Origin: Octopus sinensis | Lineage: Eukaryota | Length of the DNA: 64,000 bases | Reading direction: 5' to 3' | Assembly (NCBI RefSeq): GCF_006345805.1 | Contig: NC_043010.1 | Location: 28,954,001 to 29,018,000 of the forward strand | Shown here: positions 12,316 to 24,829 of the stretch, in pieces | How the letters are laid out: each line of letters opens with the position of its first letter | How positions within the stretch are numbered: the first letter of the stretch is position 1 | Notes under the pieces: model-generated | Seen by the model: the letters and a program-made list of their open reading frames with translations, nothing else | Databases searched by the model: none | Told to the model about the DNA's origin: nothing | Position numbers and translations under genes: made by a program

Positions 12316-12600
12316 TATGAACCCACATCTAACGAAGTAGCCATCCTTATGGTAGGTGATCCCTATGAAAATCATGATATTCTCATTCGTGCTCAAGATA
12401 ACAACCATAAACATGTTTCACAGACACATCCCTCTTATGGTGCTCTCCAGTATCCTCTTATTCAGTGGAAAGGACAAGATGGGTACCATTTCAATATTCC
12501 ACAAATTGCACCTGCAACAGGAGAGCCAATTACAAACAAAAAGTTGTCATCAAATAACTTCTATTCTAACCAACTGATGTTAAAACCAGAACAAATCAAT
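12316..12600 (+). mobile_element. Helitron Rep/Helicase N-terminal fragment (remnant)
   Basis: Translation YEPTSNEVAILMVGD...DILIRAQD...THPSYGALQYPLIQWKGQDGYHFNI...KKLSSNNFYSNQLML resembles the Helitron RepHel motif EVA(V)LIVGD...HRSYDALQYPL(I/L)F..G.DG(Y/W). Confidence 0.8.
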
Positions 12601-13384
12601 TACACATGTCAACTAAACTTTATTTTCAATTACATATTTATTACATTATTTTAACCAGCTTTAGTTATTTGAAATACACTGCTCTACAATGACCAGGTTT
12701 CATTAGAAAGTGAAAATAGTTTCACACTTTCAATTTGAACCAAAATTATAACGTGTGCATTATGTGAGTGACAATGTGTGAATAATGAAAGTAATGTTTC
12801 TCTGAATTAGTCACACCAAATAAACTGTTTTTAGCACAACAACTCTTTTTTTTACTACTAAAATAACCTCAGAAACAAGGTCAGGTGGCACAATTTTGAG
12901 GTTATTTTGGAGCAATATTTTGATTTGCTTCTGTTTCACTTTCATCCAATGTTCCACGTATGCATAGAATTCTACTCAGACAAAAATTAATGAAAATATA
13001 CACATAAATATTGTATTAAAATAAGCTGCAACCAAAAAAATTCCATTAAGACATCCATTTCTTTATATGTTATGAGGAAGTACAGTCACTCACTCTCGTT
13101 CTCTCATGCACACACACAAAAAAGATGTATGCATATGTATAAGAAAATGTGTATGTGAGTGAGAGAGAGCGAGTGAGTGCCACTTACATACATGCACAAA
13201 AATTCATACATCACACACCTTTATTCCATCACTCTCTCTTTTTCTCTCTCTCTCACACACACACACACATCCGTATATCTTTCACTTTCTGCTCTCACTT
13301 CCAAGCAAATGCTGCCTTTTCACTTTCTCTTCTCTTTCAATTTCTGCTCCCTTCAAAACATAGAGAAATTAACAGTTGTTTATG

Positions 13385-13621
13385 GAAATTATTTACATTT
13401 GAAGGATATTTGTCCTCATCATGTTTGTTGTTAACACAACGTTTCGGCTGATATACCCTCCAGCCTTCGTCAGATGTCTTGGGGTAATTTCAAACCTGGG
13501 TTCTCATTCCTAAGGCATTTTTCAATGTTATTATTATTATTATTATTCAGGTCACTGCCTGGAATTGAACTTGGAATCTTGGGGTTAATAGCCCGCACTC
13601 TTAACCACTACGCCATACGCC
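13385..13621 (-). mobile_element. tRNA-headed non-autonomous element: tRNA-like head + (AAT)n + Penelope-like tail with hammerhead
   Basis: Reverse complement starts GGCGTATGGCGTAGTGGTTAAGAGTGCGGGCTATTAACCCCAAGATTCCAAGTTCAATTCCAGG (A box, anticodon-like arm, B box), then AAT repeats and a hammerhead core. Confidence 0.75.
13433..13478 (-). ncRNA. Minimal type I hammerhead ribozyme motif
   Basis: Minus strand GACAT-CTGACGA-A-GGCTG-gagggtatat-CAGCC-GAAAC-GTT-GTGTT: intact CUGANGA and GAAA core, 5-bp stem II, stem I GACAU/GUGUU and the palindromic AACGUU at stem III typical of Penelope-like hammerheads. Confidence 0.7.
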
Positions 13622-13623
13622 GA

Positions 13624-13832
13624 TTAAAAGCGCGGGCTATCAACTCCAAGATTCCAAGTTCGATTCCAGGCAGTGGTCTGAATAATAATAATAATAATAA
13701 TAATAATGATAATAATAATAATAATAACAACATCGAAAAACACCTTAGGAATAAGAACTCAAGTTTGAAATTTCCCCAAGACACCTGAAACAGCCGAAAC
13801 ATTGTGTTAACAACAAACAAGATGAGGACAGA
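13624..13832 (+). mobile_element. Second, inverted copy of the tRNA-head/hammerhead element (A box missing, hammerhead core deleted)
   Basis: Reverse-complement match to 13411-13604; reads GACACCTGA-aa-CAGCCGAAACATTGTGTT, where CGAAGGCTGGAGGGTATAT is replaced by AA. Confidence 0.8.
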
Positions 13833-15369
13833 ACTGTGTTTAGGGAAATTAATGAACAATCATATGATTCCATATGATTGAGTTGACAAATTTGCTTCTT
13901 CAATTGAAAGAATGCCTTAAATAACACACACACACTCTTGGTAAAACTTCTGTATGAATTATGTTATTTCTTGCAGCGTGCATGTGCAAATTTACAGCTC
14001 AAATCCAATTGAAATAACCTTTTCCTATTCTGTAATTTGTGTTTGTGATGAGCGTATTTAAAAACCTGATCTTCGATATAAACTTAAAAGGAAGTTGTCC
14101 CAGAAATCCTGTCCTTTACCTCTTCTTTCTAGCATGTCCGAGACGACATTTGTGCTCCCTGCTTATTTCTTTCTTAAATTTTTTTTGATTCCTATGTTTG
14201 CAATAATATGAGATTAGGATTTCACCCACAAAACATGTTCTCAATATTTTAATTTTCTCCCTCTCCACACCAAATTCATTTTTTACTTTCTTCAAATTTT
14301 GTCTTGGTAATCCATGGAGAAAAAAGCAGAGAGTATGAATCTTTAAGAATTTTACCCATCACCTCACCACTTTCAAAAAGCTTACAAACTCCCAATGTTT
14401 CACTTTTAGCATTTTGGAAAGTCTGAAAGTTTCTTCAGAAATGTTGTATACCTGTTTTTTCTAGCATGTCAGGTTTTCTGGTGGTGGTCTGGTGTTTTTT
14501 ACGTCTGCTATTTCAGTAGAATTCTATGCATGCATGAAACATCAGACAAAAGTGAAAGATTGGGAGATTTTAGCTTTTTGAAAGCAGGAAGGTGATAGAT
14601 GGGCAAGGTGGGGGAGTGGGCATTGAGTGTTTCTTTAAGAAAAATGTAAAAAAAAAATTTCCCAGGCTCATAATATACGCACACACAAGGGACTTCCATA
14701 AGTGTCTATTTAATAAATTCACCCACAAGGCATTGGCTGGCTCAAGGCTATTGTAGAAGACACATGCCCAAGGTGCTGCATAGTAGGACTGAACCTGAAA
14801 CCATATAGTTACAAAGTGAGCCATGCTGGATGCTGGTGTAAACTGTCACTCATTTCCTTGGTTACCTGACACTTTGTAAACTTCACTGAATTTTCAAAAA
14901 TAAGCAAATAAATAAATATATTGGTGCAGGTGTGACTCTGTGGCAAGAAGTTTGCTGACTGAACCAGAAACCATATGGTTGGGAAGCAAGCTTTTTACTA
15001 CACAGCTACGTCTGTGCTTAGTATGCTTTTGCTAATTGTTTTTAGTACCTATGTAATAACCAAAAGGAGAGAGAGTTGCACAAGCTCTTGGCAGGTCCAG
15101 TTGAGTAGACTAGAGCAATGAGAAATGAAGTGCCTTGCTTAAGGACAAAATAAACTGCTCAGTCCAGAAATCAAACTCACAACTTTATGATTGTGAACCC
15201 AACACCCTAACCACTAGGCCAGTTAACAATCCTTCAAAGTTCAAGCTAAGTGCTAATGGCATAGATTTCCCTTGTCTGGAAAGGTGTATAAAAGTCATAG
15301 ATGCTGTTTCTGATCTGATGACTTCCTTCTTTGTAGTCTCTTACATAACAATAGCCTCATTCTTGTAGC

Positions 15370-16300
15370 AGTCCTCTACTAACTCTTGTTACTTGGTTTT
15401 CTTCCTCTCTTGAAGCTCCTCTATCCTTTCCTCCAAGGACACTGTTAAATTCATTGTTACCTTGGAAACCAAGATGATATATGATCTCAGGAAGGTCTTT
15501 GTGATGTGTGCTGGAAACTTTAGCCATTTCTCCAGATCAGTTCCATCACTCAGTCCCATGTTATGGAAAGTGATCAAGTGAGATGTTCTCGGGTATTTTC
15601 ATTGGCTGCTCTCCATCTTTGATAAAAGCTATACTTCTGGCTGTAGTGCTACCGTTTTTTGCTGTTGCTAGTCTCCTTGCTGATTGCATCAGGGATGCTC
15701 TTGGGGATCTGATAACGTCTCCAGTGAGAGTATCCTTAACTAAGTACCTTGGAGCAGTTGTATAAGATGTGCTCAATGCTCCTTGTCTTAGAAAACATGG
15801 GTCATGCAAGGGTTTCCACTGAGCTCTCTGTATGTGGTTTAGATGGACTTAGGAGGACATAATAGACTCTGGATCAAGAAATTGGTTCTCTGTGGGTTCC
15901 TGTTTCAAATATCCTTCAACAGGTAACATTCCATTCCATTGCCTGCTCTTATTGCTTGTGTTTTCCCTACTAATGCTTGCATCTCTTCCTGCACTAGCTT
16001 CCACCTCTCCTTCCTGCTAGCTGCATCATACTGGATTGCAGTTGAGTTTCTGAATTCAGTCCAGCCCTGTGTCACTTTCCTTAGGAGGGCTTTGTGTTTC
16101 AGGTGTCCCACTGCCTGCTGGTCTACCTTGGCTGTTACCCACTAACTCCCTCTTCTCACAGCAATCCATGTACAAAATCAGTAGAGCACCACCAGTTCCA
16201 GTGGTGTTACTCTATTGATTTTTGCCAATCACTACCCTTATCTCTGACTGAATAATGGTAGGATGTTTGCTGAAGAAAATTTGGCTGCTTCATTCAGTGT
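15370..16300 (-). pseudogene. Degenerate HERO-like (R2 superfamily, RLE-type) non-LTR retrotransposon, 3' coding fragment
   Basis: Fragments LKHKALLRKVTQG...KERWKLVQEE, LSPSNLH, IEHILYNC and DLEKWLKFPAHITKTFLRSYIILVS...LTVSLEERIEELQERKK resemble the HERO thumb, CCHC and restriction-like endonuclease regions; many stops and frameshifts. Confidence 0.7.
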
Positions 16301-16439
16301 GTTGAGTAACTAGAAGCTTCCATCTTCTGACAGCTTGTCACACATTGTATTACATTCTTGGTTAAGACTTTCAACTCTACCAGTTTTGCAAAATAACTTC
16401 ACATCATTCTTATCTAATTAAGAAATGAGTTGAAAGATA

Positions 16440-16478
<39 letters not shown>

Positions 16479-16488
<10 letters not shown>

Positions 16489-16650
16489 TATTCGAGACAA
16501 AACCACTATTTTGCAAAACAAACAAGGAAAGACTTAATTAATACATAAAATTTTAATAAATAGTCAAAATTATTAAAATTTTATGTATTAATTAAGTCTT
16601 TCCTTGTTTGTTTTGCAAAATAGTGGTTTTGTCTCGAATAATATTTTATA
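16479..16650. repeat. Perfect 81-bp inverted repeat with a 10-nt loop, inside a (TA)n-flanked insertion
   Basis: 16479-16559 is the exact reverse complement of 16570-16650 (checked by hand); loop ATAGTCAAAA; (TA)n at 16441-16480 and 16730-16763. Confidence 0.95.
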
Positions 16651-16727
16651 ATATTTTACTATAAAATCGATTTAATCCTAAATCTGATTTTTTCCCTGTA
16701 AATTTGGATTTATTCCCTAATATTTAT

Positions 16728-16769
<42 letters not shown>

Positions 16770-16849
16770 CTGTCTGCACACATGAAGAGGATGGACAAAG
16801 CATATAGATAGTGGTTATAGTACAAAATTAAACCAAACTAAAACCAATT

Positions 16850-17074
16850 TTAACCCTTTAACATTTAAATCACCAGATTTGGCCCAAATATTCAGTCTTA
16901 TTTTATGTTCAAACTCGTCAGATTCAGTCTCTCATGCATACCCAACAACGTCATTCTGAAAATAAACAATCATATCGAAATCTCAAAGCTACGAAACAAT
17001 GCATGATTAATTCAAAACAATGTGAATAAATAAGCATCACATTTAATACAGTAATCTAAATGTGAAAATGTTAA
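16850..17074. mobile_element. ~225 bp TTAA-flanked MITE (piggyBac-like)
   Basis: TTAA-CCCTTTAACATTT...AAATGTGAAAATG-TTAA; homologous to 2763-2997. Confidence 0.7.
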
Positions 17075-19269
17075 GCAAAACCCATTCTGTGTTAGCTATT
17101 GGACAAAACACAATATTGTACAAATATTTGCACTTTATTTAATTTAGAAATTTGGTTTAAGTTCTCCCTCCTGAACTGCTGTTGATTTGATTTGAGCTCA
17201 CTGAAACAAATGGTGTTATATCTATGTCAATTTTCTCTGATTTCCACTTAGCATCTTTTAACTGAAACTAAGCACTGACCCATGTCCGTTAAGTAGATAG
17301 GATCCCTAATTCTATATTGGCTAAATTTGGTCACTTGTGGAGAGGCAGGTTGCAAATGAACATCAGGTCAGTCTTGACTCAGTAACCCTAGGATCAAAGG
17401 TCTTGCACACTGACCACACTGTCGAATTGTATGTCAGGGACAATAGGGACAATACATTGTCCCTAATATAAAATGTAAACGTATGTTGTTGTTTATGTTT
17501 TTGTAGTAAGAGGAGTGATGCGAAGATTTGGCGGTTATATTTTTTAGTAATTTGGGTGTCCGTAAAAACATCATCGATGGAAGAATACGTGTTTAGGTTT
17601 ATCTAGGAAAGTTACATTTATATAAACACTGTTATTTTCTAATTAAAAAGAAAAATAAGTATATGCTATTGTTAAATAAAGAATTGTATGTGTGTGTGGT
17701 CGAATCATTTGCGTGAGGATGTACGTCTGTAAACGGGTGTGAGTGTATGTTGTGTGTTTATTTGAATGTGTGTGAATGTGGACGAATTACAAAATTCATA
17801 ATTGAAAGGAGATAGATACAGAGAGAGAGAGAGAGAGAGAGTATGTATGAATGTCAATGAGTGTAAAGTGTGTGCGAGCGTGATAGGAGAGGGTTCGTGT
17901 GGGAAGCTGTGATTTGGAGTTTGCATCGGGAAAAAAAAAACTATAAAAGGATAATGAACAATAAAAATACGGTGATCGAACATGAGAAATAACGCCCACC
18001 ATATGCTGGAGAAAGATATAGAAGGGGGAAAAAAGTGAAAGAGCAAGGAAGAGGAAAGAAAGGAAAGAGAAGAGAAGGAAAATAAAAAAAAACAAATGAA
18101 AAAGAAAGACAAGAGAGAAAAGGTTAATTAGAAAATGAAAGGATGGATATATAGAAAGAATGAGGCAAATATAGAAGAGGAGGTATGTATGAATATAAGG
18201 AAGAAGAGAAAACTGAGGGAAAGGGAGGGGGATATAAGAAAATCGATATTACCGGTCAAATAACAGCGCAATATATTTAGGTTGTTCCCCTCCCCCTTTT
18301 CTATTGGAGTATCAGGACCAATAGCTTTCTTTCAGTCGCCAGGCACAAACAAATACTTATAATTTCTTATTGCTACTATTATAGCTATTGTCATCGTTAT
18401 AATTGTTATAGTTTGTTATTATTTTGTCTATCCCTGCTATGTTTTGGGAAAAGCAAAATCATAATGTGATGTTTTGATAAACGTTTCTTGAGAGGACTGC
18501 TAGGGTGATTTTTCTACTTGGCCTGGTTGAAACTAACATCAAATAACTGGCCTGACAAACGACCGGGTGTATAGCAACAGAAGGCATTTATATTTGGTTA
18601 TTCTTTAACGGATGGTTGAATAGCCGTGTCCAAACGAAGTTGGGTCGGTCGGTCAGCAAACACATATGTATGTGTATGTGTACATATAAACTTTTTTATA
18701 CTGCGTTCTTGTTTGTTTGTTTCTTTCTTTGCTGTTAGTTTGCTTGCATTCAAGATCATTTGACAAGATTCAAAAAGGCGGGGAGCCCTACTTAAACGAA
18801 ACTCTGGTTACAGCTATACCAATCCAGAAGTAAATATACATAAAAAAAAAACCTCCTTACCTTGAAATATTAAAACCAGGACATAAATGACAAACTACAA
18901 CAATGAGTAGCAGCAATAACAACAAAGCAACAATTTCTTTTTCTCTCTCACTGTTCACTCGCACCGGGCAGTTTTCGTTTGTTTAAACAGTTGTTTTTTC
19001 TTTTCGTTTTATTTTCTTTGTTGTTATAGTTTAGCCCCCGGTCAATCTTAACTGAGTAGAACCATGATCAAATTCATTCGCAGTGACCACATCGTTCTTC
19101 TGTTTGGTATTTCATACTTAGAACTACATTAGCCAATATGTCCCTCTTTTCCCCCCAGGAGAACAGGGTGTAATTTAAGAGAGGTTTCACTGTTATTCTA
19201 GCTAGTCGAGAAACCACAGAGATTCTCAAACTGTTCATTAAAAAAACGTGTCGATAGCAAATTTGTTAA

Positions 19270-20166
19270 GAAGCCTTTACATACACACACACATTTTTAC
19301 AATTTATTTCTTAACTGACCTTTTTTAAGAATCAGAAAACACACACGCACGCACACACATACACAAGAAGCGTGTGTGTTTAACTTTTATATGACGTATT
19401 TATAGCTTAAGACAAAAAAGAAAAAAAAAAAGAACGTTGCCTCTTTGACAAAGAAGAAATTTGGTAATGAACCAGAATTGAAATGGTTAGAAATTCTTTT
19501 TAACCTTCGGAGCTAATGAAGTGGATAATTTTGCAAACGAATACTTTGGATATAATTTAAACAGACATCTTACACAAAAGTCCAATAGAGTTGTAATCAA
19601 AACGGAACGTTTTGGGAAAAGGCTTTTTTTCTGCAAAACAATAGGATACGAGTATAAGCTAGAACGGCATCACACAGATACCATGGTGTTACGGAGCGTT
19701 TAGAACAAAAATGAAAACATAGTGATGTACATAAAATATATATACATGATATGCATGTGTGTAGGTATATAAATGTGTAAATCAAAAATAAAAAAAAAGA
19801 GGAAGAAACGACAAAAGTCAATCAGACGTACACAGTAAATATATTAGAGTGACGCTCAGTGAAAGAAGTTTTAGATGGAAAAATAGGAATGGAAATGACA
19901 TTTCGAGCATGGCCCTTCGTATACGTACATCCATCCATCCACCCATACACACACATATGAATATGTGTGTGTGTGTGTGTATATATATATATAATATACG
20001 AGGGTATATACGAATGCGGAGAAAAAACTGGCATATAGTTAAATACACAAACCATGAGACACATATTTGAATAGGTACATACACATAGATAATTGGGTAC
20101 ATAATGGTGTATATACATACAAATGATGGATAGACAGGTACGTAAGATGGATGACCAGATATATCA

Positions 20167-20238
<72 letters not shown>

Positions 20239-21809
20239 GAGTATATATATATATATATATATATATACTATACACACACACACATGTATATATTGTGGGT
20301 ATGCAACAGAATAATAGTTTATAATTGATAAACTCCGTTACATATTTGAAGAGTTTTGTGTATGTATCTGTTCATTAGGGTGTGTGTATGCTTTCATAAT
20401 TCTTACTCATTGCTACACCCGTCTACTTCAGCGTATGCGAGCATACACACACACACACATACACAAATAATACACTTAGAAACGATATACGCACATACAT
20501 ATGAAAACCTACAATCACGCACACAGCATACGTACACACACCCGCACATACATATGCAGAATCACATATATAATAACACACACACACATACTCTGAGTAT
20601 AAAATCAATGGGAATAAATTGCCAAAAATTCTTACGTCACACAGTAAACGTCGGCTGTTTATAACAAAGTGTCAGACTTGCAGGGAAAATAAATTTTACA
20701 GAAGGAATTAAAAAAAAAAATCAACAACAACACTTACACACACACTTGCGCGCGCGCGCAAACACTTTCTATGTGTTTGTGTGTGTGTGTGTGTGAATAT
20801 ATAAAAAGACTATACAAAAATATATCAATGATATAAAATATAGTAACGAAAAAATGAAAATTTGCTAAAAAAAATTGAGGAGCTGAAAAAATAAAAGTAA
20901 AAACTATAATAAAAATATAAAAATATTAGAGAAGAAAATAAATTAAAAATGAACAAAATAAAAAAATATTCTCCCCCTCTTTTATTTCCCTAAAAACCAA
21001 AAAAATATCCAAAAAATCTAATAAATTAACTCCGCCTCCCTCTCCAATGTTATTTATCTTTCTCTCTCGCTCTCTACCCTCTCTTTCGATTCCACGTCTC
21101 TCCCACCCCAACTCCTTCCATCTCTTCTACAGTGTCTCCCCTACTCTCCCTCCACTCGCTAGCCGCACCAAAGTTAATTATTCTAAATTGATTAATGTTA
21201 AATTCTCTGGAATTCTCTGGCGAATTGAAAGATTCAATTTACCAATATTGTGTCAGGGAAACGTTGGGTGGTGGAGCTGGTCGCGACGGTGGCGAATTTA
21301 AAGGAATACATTATATATATATATGTATGTATTATATATATATGTATATACACACACATACATAACTGCATATGTGTGTATGTATAAACACGTACACAGG
21401 CAGATTCCCACATATTGTTGGAATAACACACGCACACAAATTTATAGGTACGTATATGTTCACACACAGACACACAGGCATATATAGCCTTATAAGCAGG
21501 GTATGTACATACGTACCTTGCATATACATAAACTGAGATACGTACATATATAAGAAATAGAGGCAATTAATTTACATGTATATACATCTGTATTTCCCCT
21601 ATAAAATACACATAAACGTATGTATACATGCATACAGACACACGCATGTGCGCGTATTAGTCTCTGTGTGTGAGCAATAAACAACGGAAGAAAGGGTGTA
21701 TGATGCATACATACACACATGCATATATATACATATATATATATAAGCATATATATATATAAATATATATATATATAAGCATATATATATATATATATAA
21801 ATATATATT

Positions 21810-21841
<32 letters not shown>

Positions 21842-21911
21842 AATATATATATATATTTATATATATATATATAATAATATATATAATATATAAATATATA
21901 TATATATAATA

Positions 21912-21946
<35 letters not shown>

Positions 21947-22066
21947 ATATAATATATATATATATAATATATATATATATAATAATATATATATATATAA
22001 ATTATATATATATATATATATATAATATATATATAAATATATATTATATATAAATATATATATTAT

Positions 22067-22114
<48 letters not shown>

Positions 22115-22126
22115 ATATATATATAT

Positions 22127-22185
<59 letters not shown>

Positions 22186-24350
22186 GCAGACAGACAGACA
22201 GACAGAATTTCTTAAGAATATCTTCTTCCTCTATCGATGTTATCTTTGCTTTGTGTTGGTAAGAGAAAATATAAAGGGGACAGCAGAAACGGACAGAATG
22301 AATGGCTGGTAGAAGGCGGTAAGGGGTGAGCGAGAATATAACATCAGTGGGAGAGCGTGGCCAAGAGATATAGAGGAGGTGGGGAATGCGATAGAAAAAG
22401 AGATAGAGCAATAAATAGTAAGAGGGAAATTAAAATAAATAGCATATATTTATTTTTCATAACCCACCTCTCTCAGTCGCTGTCTGCCATTTCGTATACA
22501 TACATACACACACAATCACACACGTATATGTACATTTGTATGTATATAGATATCTGTATGCATTTGTGCGTGTATATATGTGTATGTGTTTGCACATACA
22601 CCATACACTTACATTCATACACACACACACAGATATATATGTGTCCGTGTGAGTGTATGGCCGTGCGTGTGTGCATATATGAATATGGGTATATATAGGT
22701 ATATGTGTATGTGCGTGTCTATAAATTTCAGAAATGGAAGAATTCTTGAAAGAAAATATACAAAAAGACAAAAAAATAATGAAAATAGCAAGAGGTGGGG
22801 GAGGAAGTAGTAAATCGGAGAGGAGGAAAGGAACGAAGACGACATAGAGAAGGAGGAGAATATGAGAGGTTAGGGTTGAGTGAGAAGGAAAATAGATAGT
22901 ATAGAGGGGAAGGAGGAGGTGGAGGCATAGGAACAACTAAAAAAATAAACGTGGATAGGTAAATAGATAGAAGAGGAGGGGAAGGGGTGGATGTAGAAGA
23001 GATGACAGTGTGTATGTTTGAATGAGTATGTAAGTGTGTGTGTGTATGGATGTGCATGTGTGGTTATATGTGTGTGTTGTGTTTACTTTAGCTGGAAATA
23101 ATGAAATGAGATTTACAAGGGAAGAGAAGGAAAAAAAACAAAAAACAAAACAGGGCGAAGAGGAGAGAGAGAGAGAGAGAGAAAGAGAAAGGGAGACAGT
23201 GAGCGCCAGAGAAAAATAGAGGGCAAGAAAAAGAGACGGGGGTAGAAAGGGAGGGAGATTCATAATGAGTCTCAGGGTGACGGCGTGGGTGGATGGAATG
23301 CGAATGAGGCTTAAAAATAACAATAATTGTTGTATCCACCGCCGTCACCTCCTCCACCACCATCATCATCATCATCGACATCAACTCCATCATCATTAGT
23401 GGTTAGTAGTCGTAGTAACAATATTTTTATGGAAATTGTTATCCACCTCCTCTACCTCTCGACCATCATTATCAAACACCCTGCATCACCACCACTACCA
23501 CCACCACCACTACCACCACCAACACCACCACCAACACCACCATCAACACCACCATCACCACCACCACCAACAACACCAACAACAGTAACAACAACTACAA
23601 CACCGGTATTTATTCTGTATGAGCAGTAGTAATTATTAAACCTCCGTTGCCATCATCATCATAGTCATAATCATCGTCGTCGTCATCATCATAATCACCA
23701 TCACCACCACCACCAACATCATCATCATTAGCATCACCGCCACCAAAAAGCCACCACTACCACCACCATCATAATCATCATCATTCTTACCACAAGCATC
23801 ATCAAGCTCATTATATAATAAAATTATTGTATTTCATATCACCACCACAACTGTCACAATCTCTATCATCACCACCGCCACAATCTTCATCATCACTACT
23901 ACCACCGTCACTATCACCCCCCACCACCACCATTATCACCGCAATAATTATAACTAGAAGCAGCAGCACCACCACCACCACCACCACCACCACAACCATT
24001 ATTACCATTATTTTTTATTATTTATTCATTAGATTGTGAAAAGAATGGATCCTGGGAAAAAAACCCACCCCCTTTCCCCTCTTTCCATAAAAATATATAT
24101 TTTCAAAATTTATTTAATTTTATATTCAATTCTATGGCGGCGGTGGTGGTGGTGTGGTGGTGGGGTGAATGACTGAGGGGTTACATTGTTCTTGGTGAAG
24201 TGGACATGAGAGAAAATGAATAGGACACACACACATACACACATACATGACAGATACATATATAAAAAGGCTTCCACACACACATATATATAATATGAAT
24301 GTATGTGTGAATATGCATATTTTCATTTAATAAACTTAATAATTAAACAC

Positions 24351-24400
<50 letters not shown>

Positions 24401-24521
24401 TTATACATATGTGTGTGTGTGTATATATATATATACAATTATTGTGTATGTTTGTCATTCAATAATTACTAGTACACATTAACATACATATAAATGCAGT
24501 GCAGTGGTGTGTGTATATATA

Positions 24522-24613
<92 letters not shown>

Positions 24614-24765
24614 TTATATATATATATATATATATACATGAATTCATATACACATATACATGGACGGGGATACACACACACACATATATGCATAATTATT
24701 TACAATGTGTATTTATGTATCTATATATTTTCATATACCTATGCAAATTCATATACATATATATT

Positions 24766-24829
<64 letters not shown>

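Noticed and set aside
13550-13621. Possible functional tRNA gene on the minus strand
   Set aside because: A and B boxes and an anticodon-like arm are present, but the acceptor stem does not pair and the sequence runs into (AAT)n and a repeat tail; treated as a SINE head.
14120-14472. Repeated 13-mer TTTCTAGCATGTC as p53-like sites
   Set aside because: Only imperfect isolated half-sites about 330 bp apart, which is not enough to call a binding element.
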